Shown piece by piece: positions 45,601-53,210 of a DNA stretch of 64,000 bases. The stretch covers positions 1-64,000 of the forward strand of contig CBFIDD010000006.1 of assembly GCA_965661285.1 (NCBI GenBank). The letters run 5' to 3'. The stretch comes from Poseidonia sp. GTDB lineage: Archaea > Thermoplasmatota > Poseidoniia > Poseidoniales > Poseidoniaceae. A program made the position numbers and the translations under genes. Within the stretch, counting starts at the first letter, position 1. The number at the start of each line of letters is the position of its first letter. The notes under the pieces were generated by a model that was not told the DNA's origin, searched no databases, and was given only the letters and a program-made list of their open reading frames with translations.

Positions 45601-48382
45601 CAGCATCCCAGTTGGCGTCTTCGGGACGAAGCGGGTCAAGACTCCAATTGTTTCCACCCGAGAAGGTGTCGCCAACCCATCGGCGATGTTCTATTTCCCA
45701 ACCGTCGGGCATACCGTCCCCATCTGTGTCATGGTTGGTCGGGTCCGTGGCGGCGTCAACGTTAGCCATCGAGAGGTAGGTGGCATTGGCTGCAGCACCT
45801 TTGGCCTCGTCGCAAACATAGACCATTTGAACCGTGTAATGGCACCAAAGGTTGCTCTGTTCGAAGAAGAAGCCGTAATATTCTGCCCCGTCTCCAAGGC
45901 CGTCACCGTCGGTATCGCCCTCCCTTGGGTCGGTTGCGTTGTAGCCTTCCGGCGTGATGCTTGTGTAGCGGAACTCGTCAAGATTGGTCCACAATCGCTC
46001 AAGGGTCATGTCGCCCGACTGGTCAAGGTCAAGACCGTCGGCGTCGTTGTCATACAGCGCATCCCAAGGGTCGGTTGGGTCAAGTCCGTGCACAACCTCC
46101 CAACCGTCGGGCATCCCGTCTGCATCGGAGTCGTTCGCACCGGGATCCATGAGAAGCAGGTTGGCGTACCGACCCGGCGAGACTGCGCCGTAGACCGTCA
46201 CGTTCCCTTCTCTAACAGATGTCGCAAGGGCGACAATCTCCCCTGGCAGTCTCGTTTGGTCTTGCAGCCCGTAAACGGCCGTGTAGTCCCCGGCCAGCGC
46301 CCACAAGCCCCACTCAGAGCCCACGAGCAACTCGTCCCCGGTCGGATGAATCGTGTGAATGTTGTTGGTTTGGCGGGAGAGTTTACCGTCAACGCCGGGA
46401 TGGGCCATGAGGCCGCTGTGTTCGATAAAATCGTCGTTGAGGTCCAGTTTGTGAAGCCCAGCAGGCGTACCAAACCAAAGCGCCTGTGCGTTGGATGGCG
46501 TTGGACCATCGAGCACCATGTCTCGAACTTCAGCGGGGTTTTCGCTGGAGCCAAGGGGCAAACTTCGAACTTCGTCAACGTTGGTTGGAATAGGGTTGGT
46601 TTCAGGCGTGAAAAAGAAGCGCCACGATCCCGCAGTATCGTCTCGAGCAGAGGGTGTATCCACAATGAACATGCCTCGGTCGGTCCCCACAAAGAGATGG
46701 AATGTCGTGCCTCCAACCATGCCGTGCTGAATGGAGGAGACGGTGGCGTTGGCCTCGGACAATCCGGCCACCAGACCGGTGCCGAGTTCAAAGGTGGTGG
46801 CGATGGCAGCGGTGCTGTCGATTTCAACAATGGCACCTGCACCTGCTTGGCCCAGTCCAATGGCATGCAGGTTCACGTCTTCACCAGCGAGCGGCGAGAC
46901 AGCATGAAGCGGCTCGGTGAGACTCCAGTCCCACGTCGCCACGCTACCAAGACTGCCATCAGCCAAAAGCGGCGCCACGGCGAAACCGACACTCGTCCCC
47001 ATCACAACAGCGTACGGCGTGGCGCCCGAGAAAGCGAGGAAACCGTCGTGGAGCAGGACGCCTTGAGGTAGCCAGTGATGACTCTGTGTGTTCGATTCCT
47101 CATCGAGAACACTCACCCCGTATTTGGTCATGGCGTAGACAGCCCCGTCGTGTTCCTCTAAGGCACGAATATCATGATGCATCACGGCGAGAACATCTTC
47201 GGGGACGTCATAGACCAGCGGCATGGTTTCAAAGCCGAGTTCATCACCAACAAGCGTGGTCTTGAGGCCGGGGTAGACGGTGTTGCCGTCGTCGTAGTGA
47301 ACGAGGTATTCCTCGAGCGTGGACAACGCCTCGCCGAGGTTCAGTGCCGTTTCGGTGCGAGCCAAATCCTCGCTGATACCACCGTCTCGGTTCGCATCCC
47401 AACCGTCCATATCCGGGTCTTCGAGGGCGTTTGAACGGTTCAAGGGGTCGAGGCCGAAATGAACTTCCCATCCGTCTGGAATACCGTCGCCGAACGATGG
47501 GTACAAAGGTCGAATCGAAAAGCCGTCCCAAAGATACCGGTCAGAATCGTCCAGCACCGGGTCGGTGCCCAACCACAAGTCCTCGCCGACCGGATTGACG
47601 GCTCGTGTAGTGCAGGCCTCCAAGAGATTGTGGAAGGTTGCATTATTGCCCGATGGGAGGTACGGCCAGTTCTTCAACACGGCCCCCTCGGGCAGCGTCG
47701 CATGGCACCAAAGACCGTCGAGTTCAGCAGTGAAATTGGACGGCGTGCCGTGCGCATACTCTTCGGGAGCCGTGTACCGCTCGGCATCGCTGAGGACGCC
47801 GTCCCTGTCGACATCAAAGCCGTCGTTGTCTCCGTCGAGGGTCAGATCGCTCCCGTTCAGTGGGTCAAACGACGGGCAGGAGTATCGCAGTGCAAGGGGG
47901 TCAAATCCACCCATGCGATGACACATGTAGGCTTCGTACCCGTCGGGCATCCCGTCGCCGTCGGAATCCGAAACACGAGGGTCAAGATAAATCCGGTCGC
48001 TGTTTTCGTCAAGTTGACCGGTCAAGCCTCTTGGGAATCCAGGGGCTGTGCAGTTGGCAGGGTAAGGCCAACAGAACTCTTCCGTGGCGTTCAATCCGTC
48101 TCGGTCTCGGTCGGTCGATGCATCCGAGGCGTTGTTTTTGTCAAGGCCGGGAATCACCACATCACGGCCGTCAACCGCCGTCCAATTCATCCACTCTTCA
48201 AACAGGGTTTCGTGAACATCGGGAATCAAATCGCCGTCCGTGTCAGTGTTTGGTGGAGGCGTTCCGTCCGTTTGGTCCGGGTGGATGTTGGACACGTTCG
48301 AGATGGTTGGAAACTGCGACATGAACAGAAGGCTCGCAATCACGGCAAGCGTGGTCAAGATGGTTGTTTGACTTCGTCGCAT
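42632..48382 (-). CDS. Giant Ca-binding DxDxDG (thrombospondin type 3-like) repeat protein with central propeller-like insert
   Basis: Many D[TS]DxDG[ML]PDG[WY]E and DxDxDG..N.EE repeats; N-terminal hydrophobic anchor. Confidence 0.88.
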   Translation of the reverse strand: MRRSQTTILTTLAVIASLLFMSQFPTISNVSNIHPDQTDGTPPPNTDTDGDLIPDVHETLFEEWMNWTAVDGRDVVIPGLDKNNASDASTDRDRDGLNATEEFCWPYPANCTAPGFPRGLTGQLDENSDRIYLDPRVSDSDGDGMPDGYEAYMCHRMGGFDPLALRYSCPSFDPLNGSDLTLDGDNDGFDVDRDGVLSDAERYTAPEEYAHGTPSNFTAELDGLWCHATLPEGAVLKNWPYLPSGNNATFHNLLEACTTRAVNPVGEDLWLGTDPVLDDSDRYLWDGFSIRPLYPSFGDGIPDGWEVHFGLDPLNRSNALEDPDMDGWDANRDGGISEDLARTETALNLGEALSTLEEYLVHYDDGNTVYPGLKTTLVGDELGFETMPLVYDVPEDVLAVMHHDIRALEEHDGAVYAMTKYGVSVLDEESNTQSHHWLPQGVLLHDGFLAFSGATPYAVVMGTSVGFAVAPLLADGSLGSVATWDWSLTEPLHAVSPLAGEDVNLHAIGLGQAGAGAIVEIDSTAAIATTFELGTGLVAGLSEANATVSSIQHGMVGGTTFHLFVGTDRGMFIVDTPSARDDTAGSWRFFFTPETNPIPTNVDEVRSLPLGSSENPAEVRDMVLDGPTPSNAQALWFGTPAGLHKLDLNDDFIEHSGLMAHPGVDGKLSRQTNNIHTIHPTGDELLVGSEWGLWALAGDYTAVYGLQDQTRLPGEIVALATSVREGNVTVYGAVSPGRYANLLLMDPGANDSDADGMPDGWEVVHGLDPTDPWDALYDNDADGLDLDQSGDMTLERLWTNLDEFRYTSITPEGYNATDPREGDTDGDGLGDGAEYYGFFFEQSNLWCHYTVQMVYVCDEAKGAAANATYLSMANVDAATDPTNHDTDGDGMPDGWEIEHRRWVGDTFSGGNNWSLDPLRPEDANWDADGDGLPNLCEYQWSVVRLMGINGELFELYGESPEAAEGWSVADPNLVDSDGDTLPDGWESKGLCSWDPTRVGVNPLNGSDAFENPDGDGYDINRDGVLSQDEAFVNYLEYHIRSDLFNGNQTLDGDTLPEGFTTQLFDHISDQGVPDDTFADRASGSVTAGLSSYSIGASDPLNADTDDDGMPDGWEIWFARWNLLDDAWTLNPLDSTDRWQDADDDGMTNWEEYNVISPLLSQTDANRSSPQWFVTTIGTAYALQQWPGISTTLSFGDFLSENQTNLTGFTADPNNVDTDGDGMLDGVELLFTSWNVTAGTWTLNPLVAGDGDFDGDEDGLIDRQEFALASEQPDNGMEHPSDAPLMHVDGDFQQPTEKAQRVFNILISKETRGKRLLNDFNAWQQGEPPNAFIEVVLGMTDPTIADTDGDGMYDGFEYWFTSWDLDENRWSINPLIDGDVNLDSDQDSFDCNGDGEIDANETFSNLREWESRTWGKFLTRNTVPANLGIIDFGEDAMAAYQEELGFTPLQAQQALYQDFVKKGRESVDRMAKINSLDAENFNRSLRGVADPTHPDSDSDGIPDGWEYCYATYGMDDITTQNHWAANPLNPWDVDYDGDHDGWYDRTSFDIPATQGSWEDRVFTPSGVAVQNGVGNLPFTNFMEYDNQTRPDLNDSDEDSRTYITTTVNGAVVSHVRDYNYSDGREVFKYGSNPSDNDSDGDMLPDWYEYKMAWNESNDNFSSYLDIRVVWIDVATGGPCNTDTNSCLPLSQDGSGGTLARPDTEFTWFTLDPADPDDANLDPDQDGNWDCSGAGCTYESYTNFQEFYAITTSDYASPNAVRLSGLTYDGMPVTEGWQFRAAILGLGQPNELVLNYLKLDKFGGPDNQYGYIVDDKDTNFLIVDASDDTVLMAGNRTDAWEIYYAGSPNTPPVRSVGEHEYGWYLLDFDDDHLAEGSSPINWDTDGDWMNDWFEVRDDEEDGVRGDSSPIRYDSRQTS

Positions 48383-48571
48383 GCACTCACCGTCAGGAAA
48401 GGCTACGCTTCCCTCTCTTCTCACTCTGCCAAGATTGCTTATGAGGGTGATGGAACAATGTTCATACAAATCGCTGTTCCAAACGGTGATTTTCATGAGA
48501 AAAACATCATCTTAACACCTCTTCGTATCGGTGCATTCAAGTCCCTCCCGCGCCGGAATGACGTTGTTCGC

Positions 48572-49384
48572 ATGACCATGACCATCACCCATCTGGGCAC
48601 CGGCAGCCGTGGCAACTCGACCCTGCTCGAGACGCCGCATGCCAAGGTGTTGGTGGACCAAGGGTTCAGCGGTGCGCAACTGGCAAAGCGACTTGCTCGA
48701 TTAAACCTCAAGCCGGAAGACATCGATTGCGTGTTCATCTCGCACCATCACGGCGATCATGGGGGGGGCGCTCGGGTCCTCCAAACCCGTTGGAACATAC
48801 CGGTCCTCGCCAACGAGCGGACGGCGCTGGAGCTCGACTTAATTCCGGAATTGACCACGTTTTTCGAGGGCCTCGACCTCGTTCGGGTGGGCGAGGATTT
48901 GGCCGTCCTTCCGGTACCTGTCCCCCACGACGGCTCGGACAACGTGGCGTTTGTCGCAAGCCACGGCGGAGAACGAGCGGCCATCATCACCGACCTCGGC
49001 TCGTGGACAGACGAGTTGGTCACCCATGTACGCGGCTGCGAACACATTTCCATCGAGGCCAATTATGACCATAACAAGCTCATGTACGGCCCCTATCCTT
49101 ATTCACTCAAAGACCGAATCTCCGGTCGTGGAGGCCACCTGTCGAACGAACAGACGGGCCAATTCTTGGCCGAAGTGTGCACCGAACAAACTCGAAGCAT
49201 CACCCTGACCCACCTCAGCGAAAAGAACAACCGACCGCATCTCGCAGAGTCAACCGTGTTGTATTACATCGACGATGTGTTCTCCGGAGACCTGCGAATC
49301 TCTGCCCAAAACGGGCCTGATTTCGCCCACTATATCGGGAAATCTCAAACGATTTCAGAGGTTGAAAAAACGGCGACCAACTGA
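48572..49384 (+). CDS. Metallo-beta-lactamase-fold hydrolase (YycJ/WalJ-like)
   Basis: LGTGSRGN, SHHHGDH, VPHD, TDLG, EANYD, GHLSN, HLSEKNN. Confidence 0.92.
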   Translation: MTMTITHLGTGSRGNSTLLETPHAKVLVDQGFSGAQLAKRLARLNLKPEDIDCVFISHHHGDHGGGARVLQTRWNIPVLANERTALELDLIPELTTFFEGLDLVRVGEDLAVLPVPVPHDGSDNVAFVASHGGERAAIITDLGSWTDELVTHVRGCEHISIEANYDHNKLMYGPYPYSLKDRISGRGGHLSNEQTGQFLAEVCTEQTRSITLTHLSEKNNRPHLAESTVLYYIDDVFSGDLRISAQNGPDFAHYIGKSQTISEVEKTATN

Positions 49385-49440
49385 CCCATGGTGCCGACTT
49401 TGGGGTGAATGGCTAAATGATACGGGGTCGTAACCACACC

Positions 49441-50502
49441 GTGAACCGACGCGCAGGCCGAGTTGCGTCTCATCGCCTCCGTGCGGATGAGCGAGGTGTG
49501 AGCGAGGTTCTCGGCGTCGTGATGCTGCTTGCCATGGTCATCACCATCATGGGCGGCGTGTGGGTTTTTCTCAATCCCTACCTGTCGGATTTTGAGGACA
49601 ACACCAACTGGAATTCTGCTACGGGGCTGGCTGACCGAATTGAAGACCGCATCGAGGTGGCCGGGAATGCACCCGACGGGACTGGGTTTCGAAACACACT
49701 CGCGATTCAATCCACGGCCATTCGAACCGTACAAAATGTCGAACACTGGACCATAAGCGCTGATTTAACCGAGCGAGAACGCATTCAGTTGCGTCATGTC
49801 AACGACACCACCGTGGCTGTCTTGGCAGCGAACGAAACCGCTCGCTCAATCTCGGTTGAATCACCCGGTGTTTCCTTTGAAGATGATGTGACACGCAGCC
49901 ATCTTGAAGTGTTCATCACGCACAACGCAAGTGCATCGCATTGGATGATCATCACCGTCTATGGGGCCGACGGCGAACCGCTCCACCGGCAGGTGTCATG
50001 GACCCTTTCGGGGCTTCAAGTCACGACCTCGCTCGGCCAGGGCGAGCATCAAATCGCGCTCATGAACAACGCACGGGCGGAACGATTCCCCAATCAAGCC
50101 TGGGAGGTAAGTGCCATGCCATCGGTTGAGTTTGACCGGATGGCCAACGATGAACTGCGACTCTCCATTTTGTTGACCGACATCACGGCGAACGGGAGCA
50201 TCGGCTCTGGGTCCAATGTCGGTATGCAGTTTGTCTCCAAAGGCCCCATGACGCTCTTTACCGGTCAAGCCTACAACGTGAATTTCAACGTCTTCAATGC
50301 CCTTCACGATGTCATCACGCCTCAATACCACAACAGTTGGCTTTCCGATTACACCGTGCAGCGTTCGGCAGGAACCCTCGACACCTACATCGGCTTCGCA
50401 CCCTACGAACGAGCGAGCGGTGCCGACGGATTCAGTGTCTCGTCCCAAGACCTCCCGCTGTACTTTGAAGTCGATGTTCAGCGAGTGGAGGTGAGTCGAT
50501 GA
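49441..50502 (+). CDS. Archaeal type IV pilin-like protein (class III signal peptide)
   Basis: ADERG|VSEVLGVVMLLAMVITIMG; start 49441 or 49417. Confidence 0.82.
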   Translation: MNRRAGRVASHRLRADERGVSEVLGVVMLLAMVITIMGGVWVFLNPYLSDFEDNTNWNSATGLADRIEDRIEVAGNAPDGTGFRNTLAIQSTAIRTVQNVEHWTISADLTERERIQLRHVNDTTVAVLAANETARSISVESPGVSFEDDVTRSHLEVFITHNASASHWMIITVYGADGEPLHRQVSWTLSGLQVTTSLGQGEHQIALMNNARAERFPNQAWEVSAMPSVEFDRMANDELRLSILLTDITANGSIGSGSNVGMQFVSKGPMTLFTGQAYNVNFNVFNALHDVITPQYHNSWLSDYTVQRSAGTLDTYIGFAPYERASGADGFSVSSQDLPLYFEVDVQRVEVSR

Positions 50503-52733
50503 GGGGCTCCATGCGCCGAGATGAGGGCGCGGTATCCGCTGCTGTTGCCACCGTCTTGTTGTTTGGCGGCGTGCTCTCCATCATCGGTTTGATGATGATT
50601 TCCATGATGCCCGTTATCGAGGAGATGGAGGGTTCGGTGGAGCGCCACGATATGTCGTCGCAAATGACCCTTCTCGCTCACGAGACATCGGCCTTGAGCG
50701 AACGTGGGATGCCGGGCGATGTCGCTCAAGCGACCCTGATTCCCGTTGATGGTGATCTGGTTTGGGACAGTTTGCGAGGAGGGATGTGGTATTCTGCGAC
50801 ATGGGCCGAAGACATGAGCCTGCGAGCCCGAGGTGCGTTGGATTTTGATGATACGATGGAAATCCGCCATCCTGAAAGTTTCGTTGAGGCCGTCTGTATC
50901 TCCGACCTTCGCCTCGGGCCCGAGCGCCCGTACCACTACACGCTTGAGGCCGTCCACGACAGCGCCATGGTCACTGTAACACCCGGTTTGGCGATGCCGC
51001 TTGGACCCATCGATGTCACCTTGGTCGTTGACGGTGAAGAGGCGACAGTGACCTCGCTCCGTGTCGATGAAATGGCTACCTTTGACCTGACGGATGTCGA
51101 CGAAGCGGTGCTTACCTCAAGTCACGAACTCAACGTCTACGGTTTGGTTGGAAACAGCGGTGCCACCTATGTCCTTCCAAACGCACCGGAACCTGCCGAC
51201 AAGCGAGGTCAAGCATGGTCAATCCCCATCCAAGCCGGGGTTCATGCCATTCAACTCCTCAGCGACAACGCCAATCAAATCCACATCACCGTTGATGGCG
51301 AGACCACCATCCATTACGCCACACCAACCGGCCTTGCACGAACAGGTGTTCATTTCCACCACGAGCTCAACCTGAGCGAGCAGAGCGTCGTTCACATCAC
51401 GACCAGTGCGCCATCACGAATGGTGTTGAAAACGGGACTTGACACCGCGGATGGGGTGACTGCATGGCCCGCAACCAATGGGGCTTTTCTTGGAAACACC
51501 TTCCTTCCACCGCACATGAACGGTACGCTTCGTTTTGCGAACCCTGGTGAGAAGGTGGTCACCATCACGTGGCGTGGCGGCGGTGTTTCGGTGGCAGCAG
51601 GAGGCGTTGAGCACGTCGATTGGCCACCCGCTTATGATGACGGGGCAGCCACCTTGGATGCCGACGGTGATGTCTTCGTCACCTGGGGTGGCTCAACCGA
51701 TGTTGGCAGCACCGATGCCATCAACGGTTCCATGTTCCTCGCCGCTGACGACACCGGGGCCATCTCCGGCGGATTGTTTTCCTATGCCAACACGCTCAAC
51801 GAGACCGAAGAACGATTGGTGCTCCGATTAGCAGGCTACACATCAACATGGAACGTCAGCAGCACGACCTTCCAATCGGGTGTTTTTCTTGAAAACAACC
51901 AGCACCAAAACCTCCCGTTGAGCGCCGGTACGACCTCCGTGCGCGTTGATGCAGGGCATCCACTGCGTGTGCTTCGCACATCAGGCGACGCCGGCCTCCT
52001 CCACCTCCCGCATGACGGCGCTCGACGGTGCACCAGCATTGATACACAAGCCAGCGGTTGGATCACCACCGACCTTCCTTGGGAGCGTATGGGTGGACGA
52101 GGTGAAATTGACACCCAAGAGGCATGGCGTGATGGACGGCATCCAGCCAGCGTGAGTATCGACGTGCTCGGTGATGACGGCTTGTCCTCTCACGCCTCCA
52201 TCGGCTCCGTTTGGGCCTTCCACCTGTCCCGCTTGTCGTATCAGTTCGCATCGTCCATCGACGGCATGGAGGTGGCGTACAGTGGCGGCGCCGTGGTCAC
52301 CAACCATCCCGAATTCAGACCGTACGTGGTCGTCCCACCCTCAGACCGAGGCGGCCCTGGCCCGCGGTTCGCAGCGACCATTCCGTCACTTCATCCCACG
52401 GCATCAAGCGAAAGTGGAGCGGGTGAACTGGAACTTGACATCGAGTTGGTTCATCGCACCTCGCTTGCCTCGACACCTGCCTACGAGGTTCGCCGAGGGT
52501 GGTCCGAGCCCTACGGGACGGCCATTGCAGACGATGCGGGGATTGGCCTTGAAGCGAGTGAAGACTGGACGGTGTATCCGGGCAGACTCGATTTACTCAC
52601 CGATTATGTTGGCTGGGTCCCCGACCCGAGTTATGGTACCTCCGAGGCGGTGTGGCACACCAACGGAGAAGTGATCGAGTTCACCCTGCAGTTGGCCTCC
52701 ATCGATGTGACGACACGGGAGGTGCTGGTATGA
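50499..52733 (+). CDS. Large type IV pilin-like protein (putative adhesin/minor pilin)
   Basis: RRDEGA|VSAAVATVLLFGGVLSIIG; ATGA overlap with the previous gene. Confidence 0.78.
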   Translation: MRGSMRRDEGAVSAAVATVLLFGGVLSIIGLMMISMMPVIEEMEGSVERHDMSSQMTLLAHETSALSERGMPGDVAQATLIPVDGDLVWDSLRGGMWYSATWAEDMSLRARGALDFDDTMEIRHPESFVEAVCISDLRLGPERPYHYTLEAVHDSAMVTVTPGLAMPLGPIDVTLVVDGEEATVTSLRVDEMATFDLTDVDEAVLTSSHELNVYGLVGNSGATYVLPNAPEPADKRGQAWSIPIQAGVHAIQLLSDNANQIHITVDGETTIHYATPTGLARTGVHFHHELNLSEQSVVHITTSAPSRMVLKTGLDTADGVTAWPATNGAFLGNTFLPPHMNGTLRFANPGEKVVTITWRGGGVSVAAGGVEHVDWPPAYDDGAATLDADGDVFVTWGGSTDVGSTDAINGSMFLAADDTGAISGGLFSYANTLNETEERLVLRLAGYTSTWNVSSTTFQSGVFLENNQHQNLPLSAGTTSVRVDAGHPLRVLRTSGDAGLLHLPHDGARRCTSIDTQASGWITTDLPWERMGGRGEIDTQEAWRDGRHPASVSIDVLGDDGLSSHASIGSVWAFHLSRLSYQFASSIDGMEVAYSGGAVVTNHPEFRPYVVVPPSDRGGPGPRFAATIPSLHPTASSESGAGELELDIELVHRTSLASTPAYEVRRGWSEPYGTAIADDAGIGLEASEDWTVYPGRLDLLTDYVGWVPDPSYGTSEAVWHTNGEVIEFTLQLASIDVTTREVLV

Positions 52734-53209
52734 GGCGAGGCATGCTCACACACGACACGCGAGCGGCTGCCACCGAATTGGGCTATATCTTCACCTTCCT
52801 TCTGGGTGTTCTCCTGATGAGCATGTTCAGCGTTTGGGCGTGGGACATTGAGACGAACACACGACTACGATGGAACGAGGAGGCCATCCAAGCCAACATG
52901 GACGACATTGCGGCCGCTGTTGAACGAGCGGATGAAGCCAGTCGTCTGGGTGGAAACATCTCGTATGCTGAAGAAATCAGTTGGCGCCCCACGGAAGCCG
53001 ATGAATCCCTTTTCTGGTTGGAGTTGCATGACACCTCCCTCTTGCTCATCGACGAAGGCGGGCCACTGGATACCGAAATTTCGCTTTCAGGAACAGGAGC
53101 GGGAACTCACGAAGGGCGAGTACCGCTCGCCGGTGTGGAGCGCTTATGGGTGGTTCATGACAAAGGTGTTACGTTTCTTTCACTTGACCGCCCGCAAGCC
53201 GTCCAGTGA
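52730..53209 (+). CDS. Small pilin-like protein
   Basis: HDTRA|ATELGYIFTFLLGVLL; ATGA overlap; GGAGGTG RBS. Confidence 0.72.
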   Translation: MRRGMLTHDTRAAATELGYIFTFLLGVLLMSMFSVWAWDIETNTRLRWNEEAIQANMDDIAAAVERADEASRLGGNISYAEEISWRPTEADESLFWLELHDTSLLLIDEGGPLDTEISLSGTGAGTHEGRVPLAGVERLWVVHDKGVTFLSLDRPQAVQ

Positions 53210-53210
53210 T

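Noticed and set aside
45686-47071. 461-aa plus-strand ORF
   Set aside because: Antisense shadow caused by codon bias; no motifs
42632-48382. Recurring DNA words (ccgtcgggcat, ccatcaccgtc) as a CRISPR or DGR-like array
   Set aside because: Degenerate and irregularly spaced, explained by peptide repeats; no cas or reverse transcriptase gene
47459-48571. Apparent 641-aa fusion with the MBL hydrolase
   Set aside because: The extension is antisense to the DxDxDG protein; the MBL domain starts near 48572
48383-48571. Possible C/D sRNA or replication origin in the divergent intergenic region
   Set aside because: No proper C/D box pair, no full ORB repeat and no cdc6; better explained as divergent promoters
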